This document shows, in pieces, positions 24,978-38,029 of a stretch of 64,000 bases of DNA. Below the pieces are notes generated by a model, which made no database searches, was not told the DNA's origin, and saw nothing but the letters and a program-made list of their open reading frames with translations. Within the stretch, counting starts at the first letter, position 1. The number at the start of each line of letters is the position of its first letter. The DNA comes from Klebsormidium nitens (taxonomy: Eukaryota > Plantae > Klebsormidiophyceae): contig DF237273.1 of NCBI GenBank assembly GCA_000708835.1, positions 38,816 to 102,815 of the forward strand, written 5' to 3'. Made by a program: the position numbers and the translations under genes.

Positions 24978-27725
24978 ATGGCCGCCGCCGCCGTGCACTC
25001 ATGCGCCACCTCGCGCCTGTTTGCCCCGCGCCTGCCCCTTGCGCAGCAGCGCGCGCAGCCCTCTGTTAGTGGCTCTCCCCTGCCGCAGGGTGCTTTCCAT
25101 GGGCGCGAGCGCTGTTCTGCTGACTCTGCTGCGCCCTGCAGCTCGCGGAGGCCTGAAAAGCTGAGGGGAGATTTCTTGGGGGGTAGGCCCGTGTGTTTGG
25201 CGGAGGCTCGGCAAGCCCCCCGGCAGCGGTCAGGGGGGGTTGTGTGCTCGGGAGAGCCTGTAGGGACGAGTGCAGTAGCAGAGCTGCCAGGGAGCAGAAT
25301 ATGGATGTCGGACGTCGTTGCTCGGCCAAAGCGGAACTACTTCTTGGACCGGCAGTGGACGTCAAAGGATCTGATTTACGCAGGATTTATGCTGTTCATG
25401 CACGGGGCATGCCTGCTGGCGCCCTTCACCTTCTCTTGGGACGCCTTTGCCGTCTTTACCGGGCTGTACTTCATCACGGGGTGCCTAGGGATTACGCTCT
25501 CCTTCCACCGCAACCTGTCCCACAAATCCTTCAAGCTTCCCAAGCCCCTTGAATATCTCTTTGCCTATTGCGGGATCCAGGCGGTGCAGGTAAGCGCATG
25601 TCAGATCTTGGAAAAGAGGGGCCAGCATTGTTTGCGGCGCCACCTTCTGTGGGTGCTTACTACTGGGGTCTAGTGTATGCACTCTGGTGCTGCAGTTAAC
25701 AGCTGCAACGCTGCTCTTATGCTGCTTCTTTTGTACTTAGATCAATAGTGGATGCCGAATGTGTTTGCAAATATTCCTGGTATGAAGAAAGCCGATTTTG
25801 GGGCCAAGGTTTCCATTTTGCCACTATTAGGTCTGTCTTTCATTTCCTGTCCTTTTTCACATCTCGTAATCAGTCACTTTCTGAAAGATCCCAATCTGCT
25901 CTCCGCTTTCGCGGACTCGTTTGTCCCCATGCCAGAGCTATTAATTGAGCGGTTTGCCACATTTTCTGCAGGGGGACCCAATTGAGTGGGTGAGCAGCCA
26001 CCGGTACCACCACATTCACTGCGACACTGAAAACGACCCCCACACGCCCAAGGAAGGCTTCTGGCACTCCCATATGGGATGGCTCCTTGACGACCAAGCC
26101 ACACAGGACAGGGTAAGCGCTGCAGAAAAGAGTCTGCTTCAGCAGTGCTTGCAGCAGAGCGGTTTGCCAATATCTGCAGCTGTGCAGAGCGGCCTTGCCG
26201 CTATGTGTTGAGGGGGCCACTTTGTTGATGCCAAACTCACTGCTTTTGGGGCACTTGAAACATGCGCGCTCAAAGTCAGTTTTTGCACTTCTTCTTCCCT
26301 CAAAGACCCAATGTTTGATTGCTCAAGAAGCCTCCTGTGGTCACCCTGACCCGAGCATTTTCCACCGCAGAAGCAGCAGCTCAAAAAAGTTATGTGTCTC
26401 TGTGGCAGGTCGGGAAGCGCACCAACGTCTCCGACATGGAGAATGACAAATTCTACAAGTTTATCCAGAAGACCTACCCGCTGCACCCTCTAGCTGCTGC
26501 AGTGGCGCTCTTTGCCTGCGGGGGGCTGCCATACCTGGTTTGGGGTATGGTGAGGCCATACGGACCGATAAAAGCTTTCTATCGGTGGTGTCGGCCATGG
26601 GTGTGACAAATTAGTTTACAGTTGGGAGCAATGTCTGATCCTATCACTTGATTGGACTCATTGGTGACAACAGCCTCGGCTGGATAGGGTTCCAGGACTA
26701 TGTTGCAGACCTTAAAGTTCTTCTTGGATTCTGTCGGTTGGTGGGGCCCGCCAAGCATGTGTAAGGTCGGGTGCTGTCTATCAAGAATACTCTGTGGCAT
26801 TATGGTGGCTATTTGTGCCCCCTTCGCATGCATGCGGGAGATGAGTGTTAAAAAGTTCTAATCCCACATTTTGGTGGTGGTGGTGGAGACTGGCTCAACG
26901 TGGTCACATTTGGTGAAGAGACCCAGGTCTTGCGTGCGTGAACGGCGGTGTACCCAAAGTGTCTCGCAGCAAACCGCAATTTTTGGCGCACTGGTTTACC
27001 GACATACCTGTTGGCTGACCGCTGTGCACTGATTTGTTTGCAGGCTGTGCGCGTGGTGTGGGTGTATCACATCACCTGGTTTGTTAACTCGGCGTCCCAC
27101 GTGTGGGGCACGCAATCGTGGAACACGGGGGACCTGTCGCGTAACAACTGGTGAGCTAGCACACACTGCGTAGAGCTTGTCAAACCGGAATTCCTGCTGC
27201 AATCCGTCGGTCATCCTTGATTGCATGGTTCAGTCGGTCTTTGACCTGGCACTACTTATAACAACTGGAAAGTCCACCACCAAGATAATACTCAATATTC
27301 AAGGCTAGAGTCCACCATTTAACGCTTCTCTTCTGGAGTTCAGATTCAGCTGGTTGCTATTTCGGCAGGGCAGGTTTTCTGCCGCTACTGGGACTGAGCA
27401 CTGTGGCCATGCCTGGAGTTGCTGCGGGGCGTTCTCAGCTGTGTTCTTGCTGAAAGAGCTAGTGCAGGGTCGTCTCAATCACTTCAGTTGTTGCTGACAC
27501 TTAAACTCTGGCTTCAGGTGGGTTGCGCTGCTGGCGTTTGGGGAGGGCTGGCACAACAACCACCATGCTTTCGAGTACTCTGCGCGGCATGGCCTGCAGT
27601 GGTGGCAGTTCGACCCGACCTGGTACATCATCCTGGCCATGGAGAAGCTGGGCCTTGCCACCAAGGTCAAGCTGCCGCGGGCCGACCACATGGCTCGCCT
27701 GGCGCCTGTTCAGCCGGCCGCGTAG
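24978..27725 (+). CDS. FAD5: Plastid acyl-lipid desaturase of the ADS/FAD5 (delta-7/delta-9) family
   Basis: Transit-peptide-like N-terminus. Three His boxes: HRNLSH, HRYHH and WHNNHH. Also GITLSFH, DPHTPKEGFWHSHMGW, VWVYHITWFVNSASHVWG and GDLSRNNWWVALLAFGEGW. Five coding exons with consistent phases. Exact regiospecificity is inferred. Confidence 0.93.
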
Positions 27726-28699
27726 GTGTCGTGTTGCCCTAGGTGTACCATAATCACCCCTAAGTCAGCCCCGGGGGGCAGAACTGTGACGAGAAAACAC
27801 ATCTGGGGAGCGGAGGCCCCGGAGTTGCGGGAGAGTTGTAAGAGCGATTGCGCTCTGCTTTCATTTTTGGGGGAGAGTTAACGAGCGGGCCTGAGTTGAG
27901 CCTGCTCGCATCGCAAAGGTTCCGGCATGATGGGCATTGTCGAAGGCGTCTGATTGGAGAGCATCTCGGAGATTGCTTTGCAAGGGCGTAGATAGATACG
28001 GCCAGTCGTTCGAGTATTGGTGGTCGCTTGCTCGAGTTGTCCGGTTCTCAGGTGTCGGTGCAACGCTGTAGTCTCACGCAAATTGCGTGCTTTCTTAGTG
28101 CTAAGATGGCAGGTCCTTGAGGAGGCAGATTGACATCTCTTATAAGGAGGTTTGCTTGAGGGGCGGGGGCCAGAGCAAGCTGGCCCCACATTGGTCTTGT
28201 TAACCTGAGTTGCTTATTTAGTAGAGCTAGCTAGACTGAAGTATTCTTCAGGGACTTGACAGTCTTCATTTGAACCGTTCTCAATGCTCTTTTTAGAGGG
28301 ATTCAATGTTCATGCGGTAGTACCGTAATAAATCACCTTCTTGTGTGCTGCCAAATCATGGGCTCGTTGAACTATGGAACTCTAGCTCAAGAGTGCATGC
28401 ATCCTCATAATTTTATTCCACAATTACCATTTTTCAAAGAAACCGCGCCTGAGCGAATCGGCTTTTTGAGCGCAGGCTTTGGATCGAGTCATCCAGTGAG
28501 TCAACCTCTCTTACAGTATTTGCATCATATTGTGCATGATTACGTCGTTTTTGAAACCTTTCAATCCGTACGTATATGCTGCGGCTGGTTGTGCCACCGA
28601 GCAGATCGATGTAAGTCATAGCGGACGGAAGTTGCACCGTATGTAAAAGGCTCAACCGTCCAAATGGCATCTGACAATGAAACATGCGCATCCTTGGGA

Positions 28700-29340
28700 G
28701 GGTAGCTAGGCGTTCAAAACTCAACATTTATCCGGCCATGTATGCCACATGGAACTGAGCCCATGTGTGGCTACGGCGACGGTTTGAAAAGAGAACATTA
28801 TTCCAAATATCAAATCTAAGTGAGAGTTCCATTATGGTGGCCTCGAACTTGCCTGAAATATGAGATCGTTCCGACACATGCAAACATTCTAATTGCGGCA
28901 ATTCGAGTAAGAGCCTAGGCATGACCATGTATATAGTGCAACTTACCGTCGATCTGACGTCGTCGCTGCATGTTCAACTTATTTGTATGTGTCAGCCATG
29001 GCTGCGGGCGCCGCAGGGCAAGTCGGAATACTGCGTACCCTTTTATAACTTCAAGTAATATAGACGTCTGCCCTGCACGCGCGCGGCCTAGCTCGAGTGG
29101 GATCACAGGCACTATATTGAAAGCCCACATGATGGCCGCTTACGTAGCTAGCTAACAGGCGCCCGGTCCGAATTTTGCCGGAAACATGCAATATACTATA
29201 GTTCAATCTAGCCTGAGCTCAACAAACGCCATTGGCGGCAAGCTAGGTCAACGGCGGCGGCCGGGCCACTCACTTGCATGCATTATGGTCTCTTTTCAGC
29301 TCATCTTGTATATAAGTCAAGCGCACGCCCATTCGTTGAA
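28700..29340. other. Palindrome-dense intergenic tract (desaturase/CSTF64 convergent spacer)
   Basis: 34 four-base palindromes in 29041-29240 (hand count), for example CACGCGCGCGGCCTAGCTCGAG and TACGTAGCTAGCTA. Confidence 0.7.
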
Positions 29341-29664
29341 GTAACCGAATGAGCGTTACCTCTTCCACGGCCTGGGCCGGATGGTGCAGTAGCAAACGAG
29401 AAGTGTAATCGTCCGTACCTCAGATTTGCTCACAATGCCACATTCAGAAATGTTGCAGACAGCGATTGGCGATGCAATCTCATGCGGGATCCGTACTCAG
29501 GTTGAGCGCAAAAGTCGTTGATCGGCTGCTCAAATTGCCGTCAAAGAGACGATTGAAGCAAGATACCTCCACCGCAATCCACAGGTGATGGTGACTTTGC
29601 ACACTGCTTGGAGGCGCAAAACAATGACGTTGAGATGGTTTCGATTTCGATTTCACATTGCACG

Positions 29665-32600
29665 TCAGGCCTTGGCCTGGTTTCTAGCTGACTGCCGTAT
29701 ACTGCGTGCGAGCGCCTGCGCGTCCGGCGGCAGGGCGTTGACTTCCGCTTCCGAGATGCTGAGCAGGCGCGTGTAGATGGCCACCATGTTGGGGGGCAGG
29801 TTCTGCACAGGAGCGGAACTTGGCATGAGCCCAAGAGTGAGCTGAAGTGCTAAACGAACAACGGCGACTTGCGACGAGCGAAAAATCTTCGCAAACAACC
29901 GCGCTTCCGGACAGTGGTGCAAAGAGTCACCGCAAGTTTCCGGCAGGAGAGGCTTACCGGGGGGATAGGCAGCGCTTGCTGCACGGGGGTATACCCCGCC
30001 TGCGACAGCTGTTGCGCTGGCACGGGAGGAGGCGGCAAACTCACTGCGCCAACGCCGCCGTGCATGGTCTGCGGCCGTTGAGACGGCAGCGGGGGGGCGA
30101 CTCCAACGGTTGGGAGGGGAGGGTTTGCTGGCGGAAGGGGGGGGGCTGTGGCGCCTGCTGGGGCACGGGCTGAGGCGGGTAGGGGGGGAGGGGAGCGGGC
30201 GCGACCGGGTATAGCTGCAGTGGAACGGGATGCAAGACAAGCAGGATGAGATTGATAAAAGCGACCGGCAAAGAACCTATTGTCATTCTTTTGGAATTTC
30301 AAGCGCAAGCTGGCCGATCCGGGGTCTGTGTCAATCAACGATCACTTGCCCGCGATAAATCAGCAACGACCAACAATCAAAGATCAAGGGTAGTGGAACC
30401 CTCCTTCATCATTACCCGGAGTGCAACCAAGCAGAGTATCAGTGGGGTCCATGCTCCGCCGTATACATCAGCCTCAGCAAACGAACGTCGACATTTGCTG
30501 AAGCTATAATGCGGCCAGCTCACCTGTTGCGGCGGCTGCGGCTGCGCATGGGCGGGGGGTGGGCCGGGGGGCAGAGCCGGGCCCCGCACCACCCCCCTTG
30601 GGGCGGTCCGGGGGGCAGAGGAGGAGTGGGGGGCGCCCACTGAGTGGCGACAGGGGCTGGGCCAGGGGGGGGCCCAGGAGGGGGCCGAGGGCCGGGGGGC
30701 TGGAGGGGGGGGTACGCGGGGAGGGGAGGCTGCGAGGCGATGGACGTGGGGGGGACAGGCCCGGGGTCCGGGAGGGAGGGGGGGAGTGGGTGCCGGTGGG
30801 NNNNNNNNNNNNNNNNNNNNGCGCGCGGCGGNGNGNGNGNGNGGCGCGCGNGNGNGNGNGNGNGNGCGNGNGNGNGNGNGNGNGNGGNGGNGNGGNGNGN
30901 GNGNGNGCGNGNGCGTGGAGAGGGAGGGGGGGAGTGGGTGCCGGTGGGGGTGTGGGGTCAGCAGGCGCGGCAGGGGGGGGCTTCACCATGCCGAGAGAGA
31001 TTTGCGCCTGAAAGGGTGCAAAAAGAGCGATGAAAAGCCTAAGCCGCTGGAAGGCCCTGATTTGGTTAGCCAAAGGGTGCGAGGAGATGGACGTCGAAGG
31101 CTGAGTTTCGTCCGGCCATCCCAAAACAAGACGGCCTCCCTCAAAGGATGAAATAATATGGATGACTTGGGGGAGAACCGAGCCCGGAAAGATGAGAGAT
31201 GAAGCGGAGAATCACAACAACCGAGAATCCTAGGTCAGATCTCTTTCTTGCTGACAAGGCCTGCTCGTTTCCTTTCAGCGCACTGTATCATCGTACGGAT
31301 GACATTGGACGCAACGTCTGAACAGAGACCTCCAACTCGTCCACAGGCTTCGCATCCTCGCACTGTTGATTGAAAGCGTTCGGCTTTGCAGACGATCTTG
31401 ATTCAGAGTCGATCGGAGCAAGGAGCGATAGCGGCAACAGTTCGAACAGTAGGCTTCTCCTTCCACAAGCTGCTTTCTCGCTTCGGCCTTCAGATGCAAA
31501 ACGCGTTGCTCAGAGAAGCGAGTTCAGCCCGAGCCACTTACGAAGAAGAGCGACTTGGTGAGGTCCGGTTTGGCCATCAAGATCTGGCGCGCCTGTGCAG
31601 GGTTCTGCTGGATCATAGCCTGCGCACATCGCAGAGGACGGATTTAGTGCTCAGTTACGGGCCAAGGATGCTCGTGACCCCAGATAATATGCAAGGTTTG
31701 GGTGAATTGACGAGCCGGAACATAGGATAGGATCATAGCGTTGTTCCGCTTGAGCGGAATCCAACCGAGACGACCCGAGCCTAATCAGGCTCCGGCAGAT
31801 GTTCTTTTGGCAAGATTGCCCAGTATAAGGCAGCTGTCGGAGGTGCCAAAAACGGTCGAGGTCCCGCACAAAAGTCAGTCGGATCGCAGAGTGCCCGGCC
31901 CGAGGGGCATCGGTTCTGTGCAACCCGGTCGAGATTCCTGGTAACCTGAGGTCAGCCGAAGGTCCGGCTGACGGGTCTTGGTTTTTTTCAAATTTCGAGC
32001 CCAAAATTTGAAGTTTAAGAACCCTACGAGCCTGCTACCCAAATAGGAGGTGGACGGCCCGCGAGACAGACGTCAGCGTTCACAATTGGGAGCGCTTTGA
32101 AAGAAGCACAAAGTCTTGTGTCGGAACTCGTCTACGGTGAGAGATGGTGACGAACTTCATGTTGATAATCGGTTGGATTGATGCAGACGCCTATCAGGAT
32201 GTGGGTCCCTCATACGAAACGGCACATAATGCGGCGAACTCAAAGTTGGCCCAGGAACTGAAACAGGCGGGAATAGAGGCGGCCCAGGAACTGAAATGTG
32301 CGCAACAACTTGGGCGCCCCTATGGTTATTAAGCACTTGTACAATCGAGAATCGGCCTCAGACAAGCCTCGCCCTCGTCGCGCACACCCGTTGATCTGCT
32401 GCAAAGCTAGCCATCAACTATCTCGTTGTTGAGTCCAGTCTGAAAAACCAGGTCTCAAAGAAGGTGTGCCAACTTCGCACTCTGCCTTCTACTCCACTTA
32501 GTGAAGTACTGAAATGACTGTGAGGACTCTCAAGGAAGCAATATTGGGATGCTGCTCTCTCGAGTGCCCAAACAAATCCACCACCTTTTTTCCTCCCCGC

Positions 32601-34395
32601 CTCACCTTCATGGTAGCCAGCACTTGGTACAGCTGCTGCTGCCCCATGCCCGCCATGGTCCCCGCCAGGGGGTCCCCCGCAGGGACGCCCCCGGGGGCAG
32701 ACTGCCCCCCTCCAAGAACTGCCGCCATAGTGGACGCAGCAGCAGCTGCGGCTGAGGCCCCGAGAGGGGGGCCTGGGTCGGGCAGGTCAATCGGAGGGCG
32801 GGCCTGTACGGGGGGGGAGGGCAAGAGGGGAGTGTGTAACCACAAGCAGAGACTTGATCGACGGACTCGACTCCTCTAGAAAGAGGAGACGAAGCAGGGT
32901 TGAAGTGGGGTTCGCACTCATGGGCAGAGGGTCGTATGGATTTTGGATGTCAGCAGTATTTGCCATTCTAAAACGCATTCAAAAACGGGCAAGAAACTGA
33001 AGCTTCCGTTGAATCCCTGCAGGCTCCAACACACCGCATATGTAACCGCTCATGTTGGGTCTATCAAGTACAAACTTTGTGGGAAACGAACTTTCTCACA
33101 CGCAAGCACTTTGTGGTGACACTCACGCGCACCTCATGCCCCTTCCTGTCGGCCTGCTTCTCTCCAGTGGGCTCCCCAACGCGCAGCAGACGGCCGTGAA
33201 TCTCGTACCCGTGCAGGTTTCGACGCGCGCTCTCCGCCGTCTCCTCGTCGAGGTACTCAGCAAAAGCAAAGCCCTTGGGCTTCTTCGTCTCTTTGTCCAG
33301 CACCATCCTGAGAAGAAAACGCATGCTGTTACATCAGTGTCAGCACACGGGGCGCCACTGCACCTGATTCACAATTGACACTGTACTGATCTCACACTAC
33401 GACAAAATGATGGGCTCTTGATCTGGGCTCTCGATCTCTGGCGGATCCTTCGATAGGTCTGTGGAAAAGATGATGATTGAACGAGCACTTCAGTCGAAAT
33501 GAACACCCTATGGGGGCTTGTTATTCAGTTCCCAAATGATGGCCTGGAGTTGCAAGATCTTCAGCCCCTACTGTCTGCTGAATGCAAGTCTGGCGCGTGG
33601 CTTATGTTTTGCGTGCCCTCTTGTCAAACTCAAGCTTCCATATTCTTCAAGTGAAAGCAGGTGCATTGAGCCAGCACTTGGTGGCGCTACTCTTCGAAAT
33701 GTATCAGATGGCGATTTGCCGCACGTAGTGCAAGGAGCAGCCCCTCACCGAAGTGACACAATGGGCCCCACCTCCTCGCAGATCTGCCGCAGCTGTTCCT
33801 CTGTGGCATCCCATGGGATGTTGCCAACTGCACAAGAAAGGGCCCACGAGCTTGGACATGGCCACATATTAAACAGCGCAACTGCTCTGTGGCGCCTAAT
33901 GTGGTGGTGTCGTGGGCACAAGGCAATGTACGCTCAACTCCAAGTGTTAAGAAAATTAAAGATACTTCCAGGAGAAGATGTAAAGATGAGCTTTGAGGTT
34001 TGTGCAGCAGAGCGCCTATTTGTGGGCAAGCCTTGCTGTTTCGCAGGAGTGGTGGCGAACACAAGTGCGCCAAGCACCGCTGTGCGATGATCGGACTGGC
34101 ACACTGGCAGTGACAGGTACAGGTGCCCGTACAGACGGTGTCTGAGATGCAGAATGAGTTGCGCATAGGCCCAATAGTCAACCATCTCTGAGACGGATGT
34201 GCTCTTAGAACTTCTACAGATTGACCATGCTTGTACTGTTTCTTCCTTACAAGTAGACTTCTGAACGCATACTAGCACCACTCATATCCTGGAAAAACAA
34301 ACATGAAACACTGTGTGTGGCTACATTTGACAATCCAGGAATGGATACTTACTGAATACTGAGCGGCTCGGCGCCGCCCTCGTCTGGCCAGTCAT
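29665..34395 (-). CDS. CSTF64: Cleavage stimulation factor 64 kDa subunit
   Basis: RRM: [84 protein letters not shown]. Hinge: [45 protein letters not shown]. Then a Pro-rich region that includes the N gap, and a C-terminal [25 protein letters not shown] domain. Confidence 0.9.
30801..30912. other. Assembly gap / ambiguous bases in a G-rich tract (Pro-rich exon of CSTF64)
   Basis: A run of N and alternating gN bases. An identical 28-mer (AGGGAGGGGGGGAGTGGGTGCCGGTGGG) occurs on both sides, at 30773-30800 and 30921-30948. Confidence 0.95.
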
Positions 34396-34879
34396 CGAGA
34401 ATTCCGGGCGGTCGAAGACAGTTTCTGCTAGCAAAACTTCCACGGCAGGAGGTGGTGGTGACGTGGCCCCCGAGCGCCACGCTGATTCAACGAGCAACGG
34501 CCATTCGCCGCCAACAATGCCGTCTCCTTTGAGTCCAAATCTTGAAATGTGGCGGTCCAGCGAATAAAAGGTTTCAGATCCTCAAAATTCCTTGCAGCGC
34601 AGCACAGGGTCATGTATAGTACAACAGCATTGCTGGCGCGACCATCAGTCTCAGAGAAAGAGACGCCCTGCCACCTTGCCGCCTGAGAGACTCGCAGGGC
34701 GCTCTGGTCCTGGATTTTGCGCGGCGTCTGCTCAGAATGCATGTTGCATCTGGTCTGTGTATCTAGGGTGGCGACAATATATGTGCCTAAGTACATTCCA
34801 AGTCCTCTGTGACCGTCCACCTTGAACTTCAAGAAGTATCTTGCTCCCATCCGGACCGCCCGATGTCCTCTTGCCAGAA

Positions 34880-35045
34880 GCCCGATGCATCGACGGTCGC
34901 CAGGCCTCAAAGCTCAGCTTGCCTAGCTGCCTCTGCCATGATCCATGATGACGTTCTGATCCATGATCATGGCTAGCTAGCTGCTGGTTCCTCTTCCCTT
35001 GCTCAGCTGCCCAAGGCAAGCTGATACTACGTACGACTCCGAGTG
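34880..35045. other. Palindrome-rich core of the CSTF64/SpoU divergent spacer
   Basis: About 23 four-base palindromes in about 160 bp (hand count), for example GATCCATGATCATGGCTAGCTAGCT. Confidence 0.55.
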
Positions 35046-35140
35046 TTAGGACGTGTTGGGCATGGCTGCCTGTCTGTCTCTTTAGACTTTAGTGGTCACA
35101 AGTCAGAGGTGGCCCCTACGAAACCCCCCAATACACGACA

Positions 35141-37708
35141 ATGCCACCACCAATATCGTTGGCGGAGGCAGCGGCATTGGATACGAGCCCGGTGTTCACC
35201 TCACGGCAACCACCCAGCACATCGCAACCCGTCAATAACTGGAGTGCTGCAAGCAGGCACCCGTTTCGATGGCCACCCCGACTGACGTGCAGCCATCGCG
35301 CAGGGTCGTTGCTTCAAGCGCAGCGCCTCTTCTTTCCGCATGCCAACAATGACTTGCGCTGCCAAAAGCTGCCCCGTGGAGGGGTGGTGTGTTCTGTGGG
35401 CCAGCAGCAGCCGCCACCGGCCCCCCAGCCGCAACTTGCGTCTCCTGACGCCAATGCTCCCGCATTCCCGACCATCCCTGCGCATGTGCATACAATCACA
35501 AGCCCCGCAAACGCCTACATTCGGCATTGCGTTCAGGTGCGACAGAGCCGCAGCTATCGAGACGCTGCGAACAGCGTGCTCGTGGTGGGGGGAACGCCGC
35601 TCAGGTGAGCGCTACGGCCTTCACCGTGTCTCAAGGTGCAATTGGTGGCATCAAGGATACATTCACTTTCTTCACCAATTGTACTTAAACACTTTCAACC
35701 ATGAGTTGCCAGGCCTGATGGAACGTTTTATGGACTTGGTAAGTCCTCTGAGGGGGGTTTTGAAGAAGTTTTCTGTCTGCATTTCCACCATGGCAACAGT
35801 TGCCTTTAGCGCAAGCAACCGATCAAGGGCGCTCCGTTTCTCCGGAGCCCACTATTTACCCAATTCAACACAGTCAAAGCCCCACCTTCAACACAGTAAA
35901 AGCCCCACGTTCAAAACACTCCTTGCCTCAATGCCGCTCGCTCGATCCATGCCCCCACCTCTCACTTAAGCTTTGGGGGTAGCTTGACCCCCGCCCCCCC
36001 CTTTCTGCACGTTCCAGGGAGATCTGCGAGGCGGCCTCGCAGCAGCGGCCGCGCCCCAACTGCCCCCCAATCCAGGTGCTGTTCCTGCTGGAGAGCTGGA
36101 CTCCCCCTCCCAGCGTGCAGGCCGGCCGCGTGGTGCGCGTGAACGAGGCCGTGATGCGCAAGCTGGCGGGTGTGGAAACCGCGCACCGAATAGACGCCGT
36201 GGGCTTGTTGACCAAGCCGGCCACCTTTGTATCTTTCCTCGACGTCCAGTCGGATGAGTCAGAGGGGCGCAGCGCGGATCAGAACGGCAGTGGGGGGGAG
36301 GCTAGCGGCAGCGGGCGGCGGGAAGAGGAGCGCACGGCGGGGCTGTGCTCTCAGCCTAGTTGTTACATGTCCCCCCAGGAGTGGTGCCCGACCGCGACGC
36401 ATGTAGTGGCGCTGGATGGGATCCAGGTGAGGGGGTAACTGATGGCTGTTCGGAGGCTGGGTCTTGACGATGCGGGGAGCAGTCTGGGGTATGGGGATCA
36501 CATCTTGCGCAGTGGTCCATCAGCAGCTTGTGTGTATTGCTGAATCATGGGGTGATTGCACTTTGAAGTTTTCCTTTCATTGCGGACGACTTTTTTTGTC
36601 AAAACGATGAGAGAGACAAGGAAGAGCGGATGTTTGCATTCCTAGAACTGCCAATGTCTGCCATTCACTAGCCTTTATTGCGACGCTGCGGGTGTGATAA
36701 AGCCATCGCAAGGCTCCTTGCATCGATCAAAGCAGACTAACAGCACAGAGAATGAAGTGTGGATGCCAAGAAAGGGATAGCCTTGGCAAGATGATATTGT
36801 CTTGTGAGCCAAACTGTGCCGGGTTGCCAAGAAGGGGCAAACAGTCGCGAGATCTGGCAGGAAAAGACAATTGAAGAAGCTTCTCCTGTAGGCCTGAGTA
36901 CCTCAACAGAGAGTAGGCTACAGTGATGTTGCTGATTGACAGATGACCCACACCAGTTTCGCCCCTGTGCAGGACCCGGGCAATCTAGGGACGCTGCTGC
37001 GAACCGCTCTTGCATTCAACTGGGTATGTCTTCCCCCTTGCTGCCGCGTCTTCTCAATGGTCTTTGCCTCGATGCTACGTTCTTGCGGTTTTCTTACTGC
37101 CATCATTCAAGCCGGGGGTTCTCGGCTTGTTGTGCCTTGTTGGAAGTAGGCGTCCTTGTAAGAAGCAGAGTCACCATACTTCAGGTCGAGGCTCAGTTGG
37201 GGTTGGTTTTTGGCTGTTGAGGATCGCTCTTCGCCTGTTTCTGTCAGTACCGGTCCCCGACGTTCGACTCTGTCAAGGGCCACTGGTTCGAGCTTGCATT
37301 GCCGCCCTATTGCAGGACGGCGTGTTTCTGTTGCCCGGCTGCTGCGACCCCTTCAACGACAAGGCACTACGCTCGAGCCGCGGCGCCGTATTCCGCCTGA
37401 ACCTCGCGGCCGGCGACTGGACCCACTTTGAGAGTGTATGCGCCGCGAGGAAGCTAGCATGTTACGGTGGAGATCCGGAGTACGCCACGTATCCACCGGT
37501 CAGTTTTGAGCAGTCTAACGGACTCCAGAAAGCTCTCCAGGAGCCGAAATTAAGCCTAGTCCTCGGAAATGAGAGCAACGGGTTGTCGGGCCAGGCCCGA
37601 ATAGTGTGCCAACCTGTCGCCATCCCAATGGCGGGGGACATGGAGTCGTTGAACGTGGCTGTGGCGGGGGGGATTCTGATGTACCTTCTTCGACCTGAAG
37701 CGTTGTAG
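35141..37708 (+). CDS. SpoU/TrmH-family RNA 2'-O-methyltransferase, probably organelle-targeted
   Basis: ITSPANAYIRHCVQVR, VVALDGIQDPGNLGTLLRTALAF, CCDPFNDKALRSSRG, LVLGNESNGLS, VAIPMAGDMESLNVAVAGGILMY (SPOUT motifs). The N-terminal extension is rich in Ser, Pro and Arg. Confidence 0.88.
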
Positions 37709-38029
37709 GTCGTTCAGGATGTAAAGTTTTTGGAGAACGTCGAATTCGGATGATAGACAGGCCGTCAGTTGTGCTTGCTGAGTTCGGAAACCTAGTCGCA
37801 AGCTCGCAACTGATGCGCGGCCGCGCCCAGGATGACCAACGCTGAGCAGTCGTGAGAGCAGGGATAATTTGCCAATGTAAAGCAAGCTGGCATGCGCAGT
37901 GACAGGTATATAGAGGTGGCCGGGCACGTTTTGAACGAAACAATCAAGATCTGACGTGTGTCGGTATCGAGTTGTCTCACGACACAAAATCTTATCCATG
38001 TGACACATCTTCACCGCTTGAATTGAGTC

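Noticed and set aside
26860-26925. Intronic frame DWLNVVTFGEE resembling the desaturase WVALLAFGEG motif, with a nearby ATCCCACAT resembling a plant snRNA USE
   Set aside because: No HNNHH follows, there are no usable splice sites, and no TATA or snRNA body follows the USE-like word. Consistent with chance.
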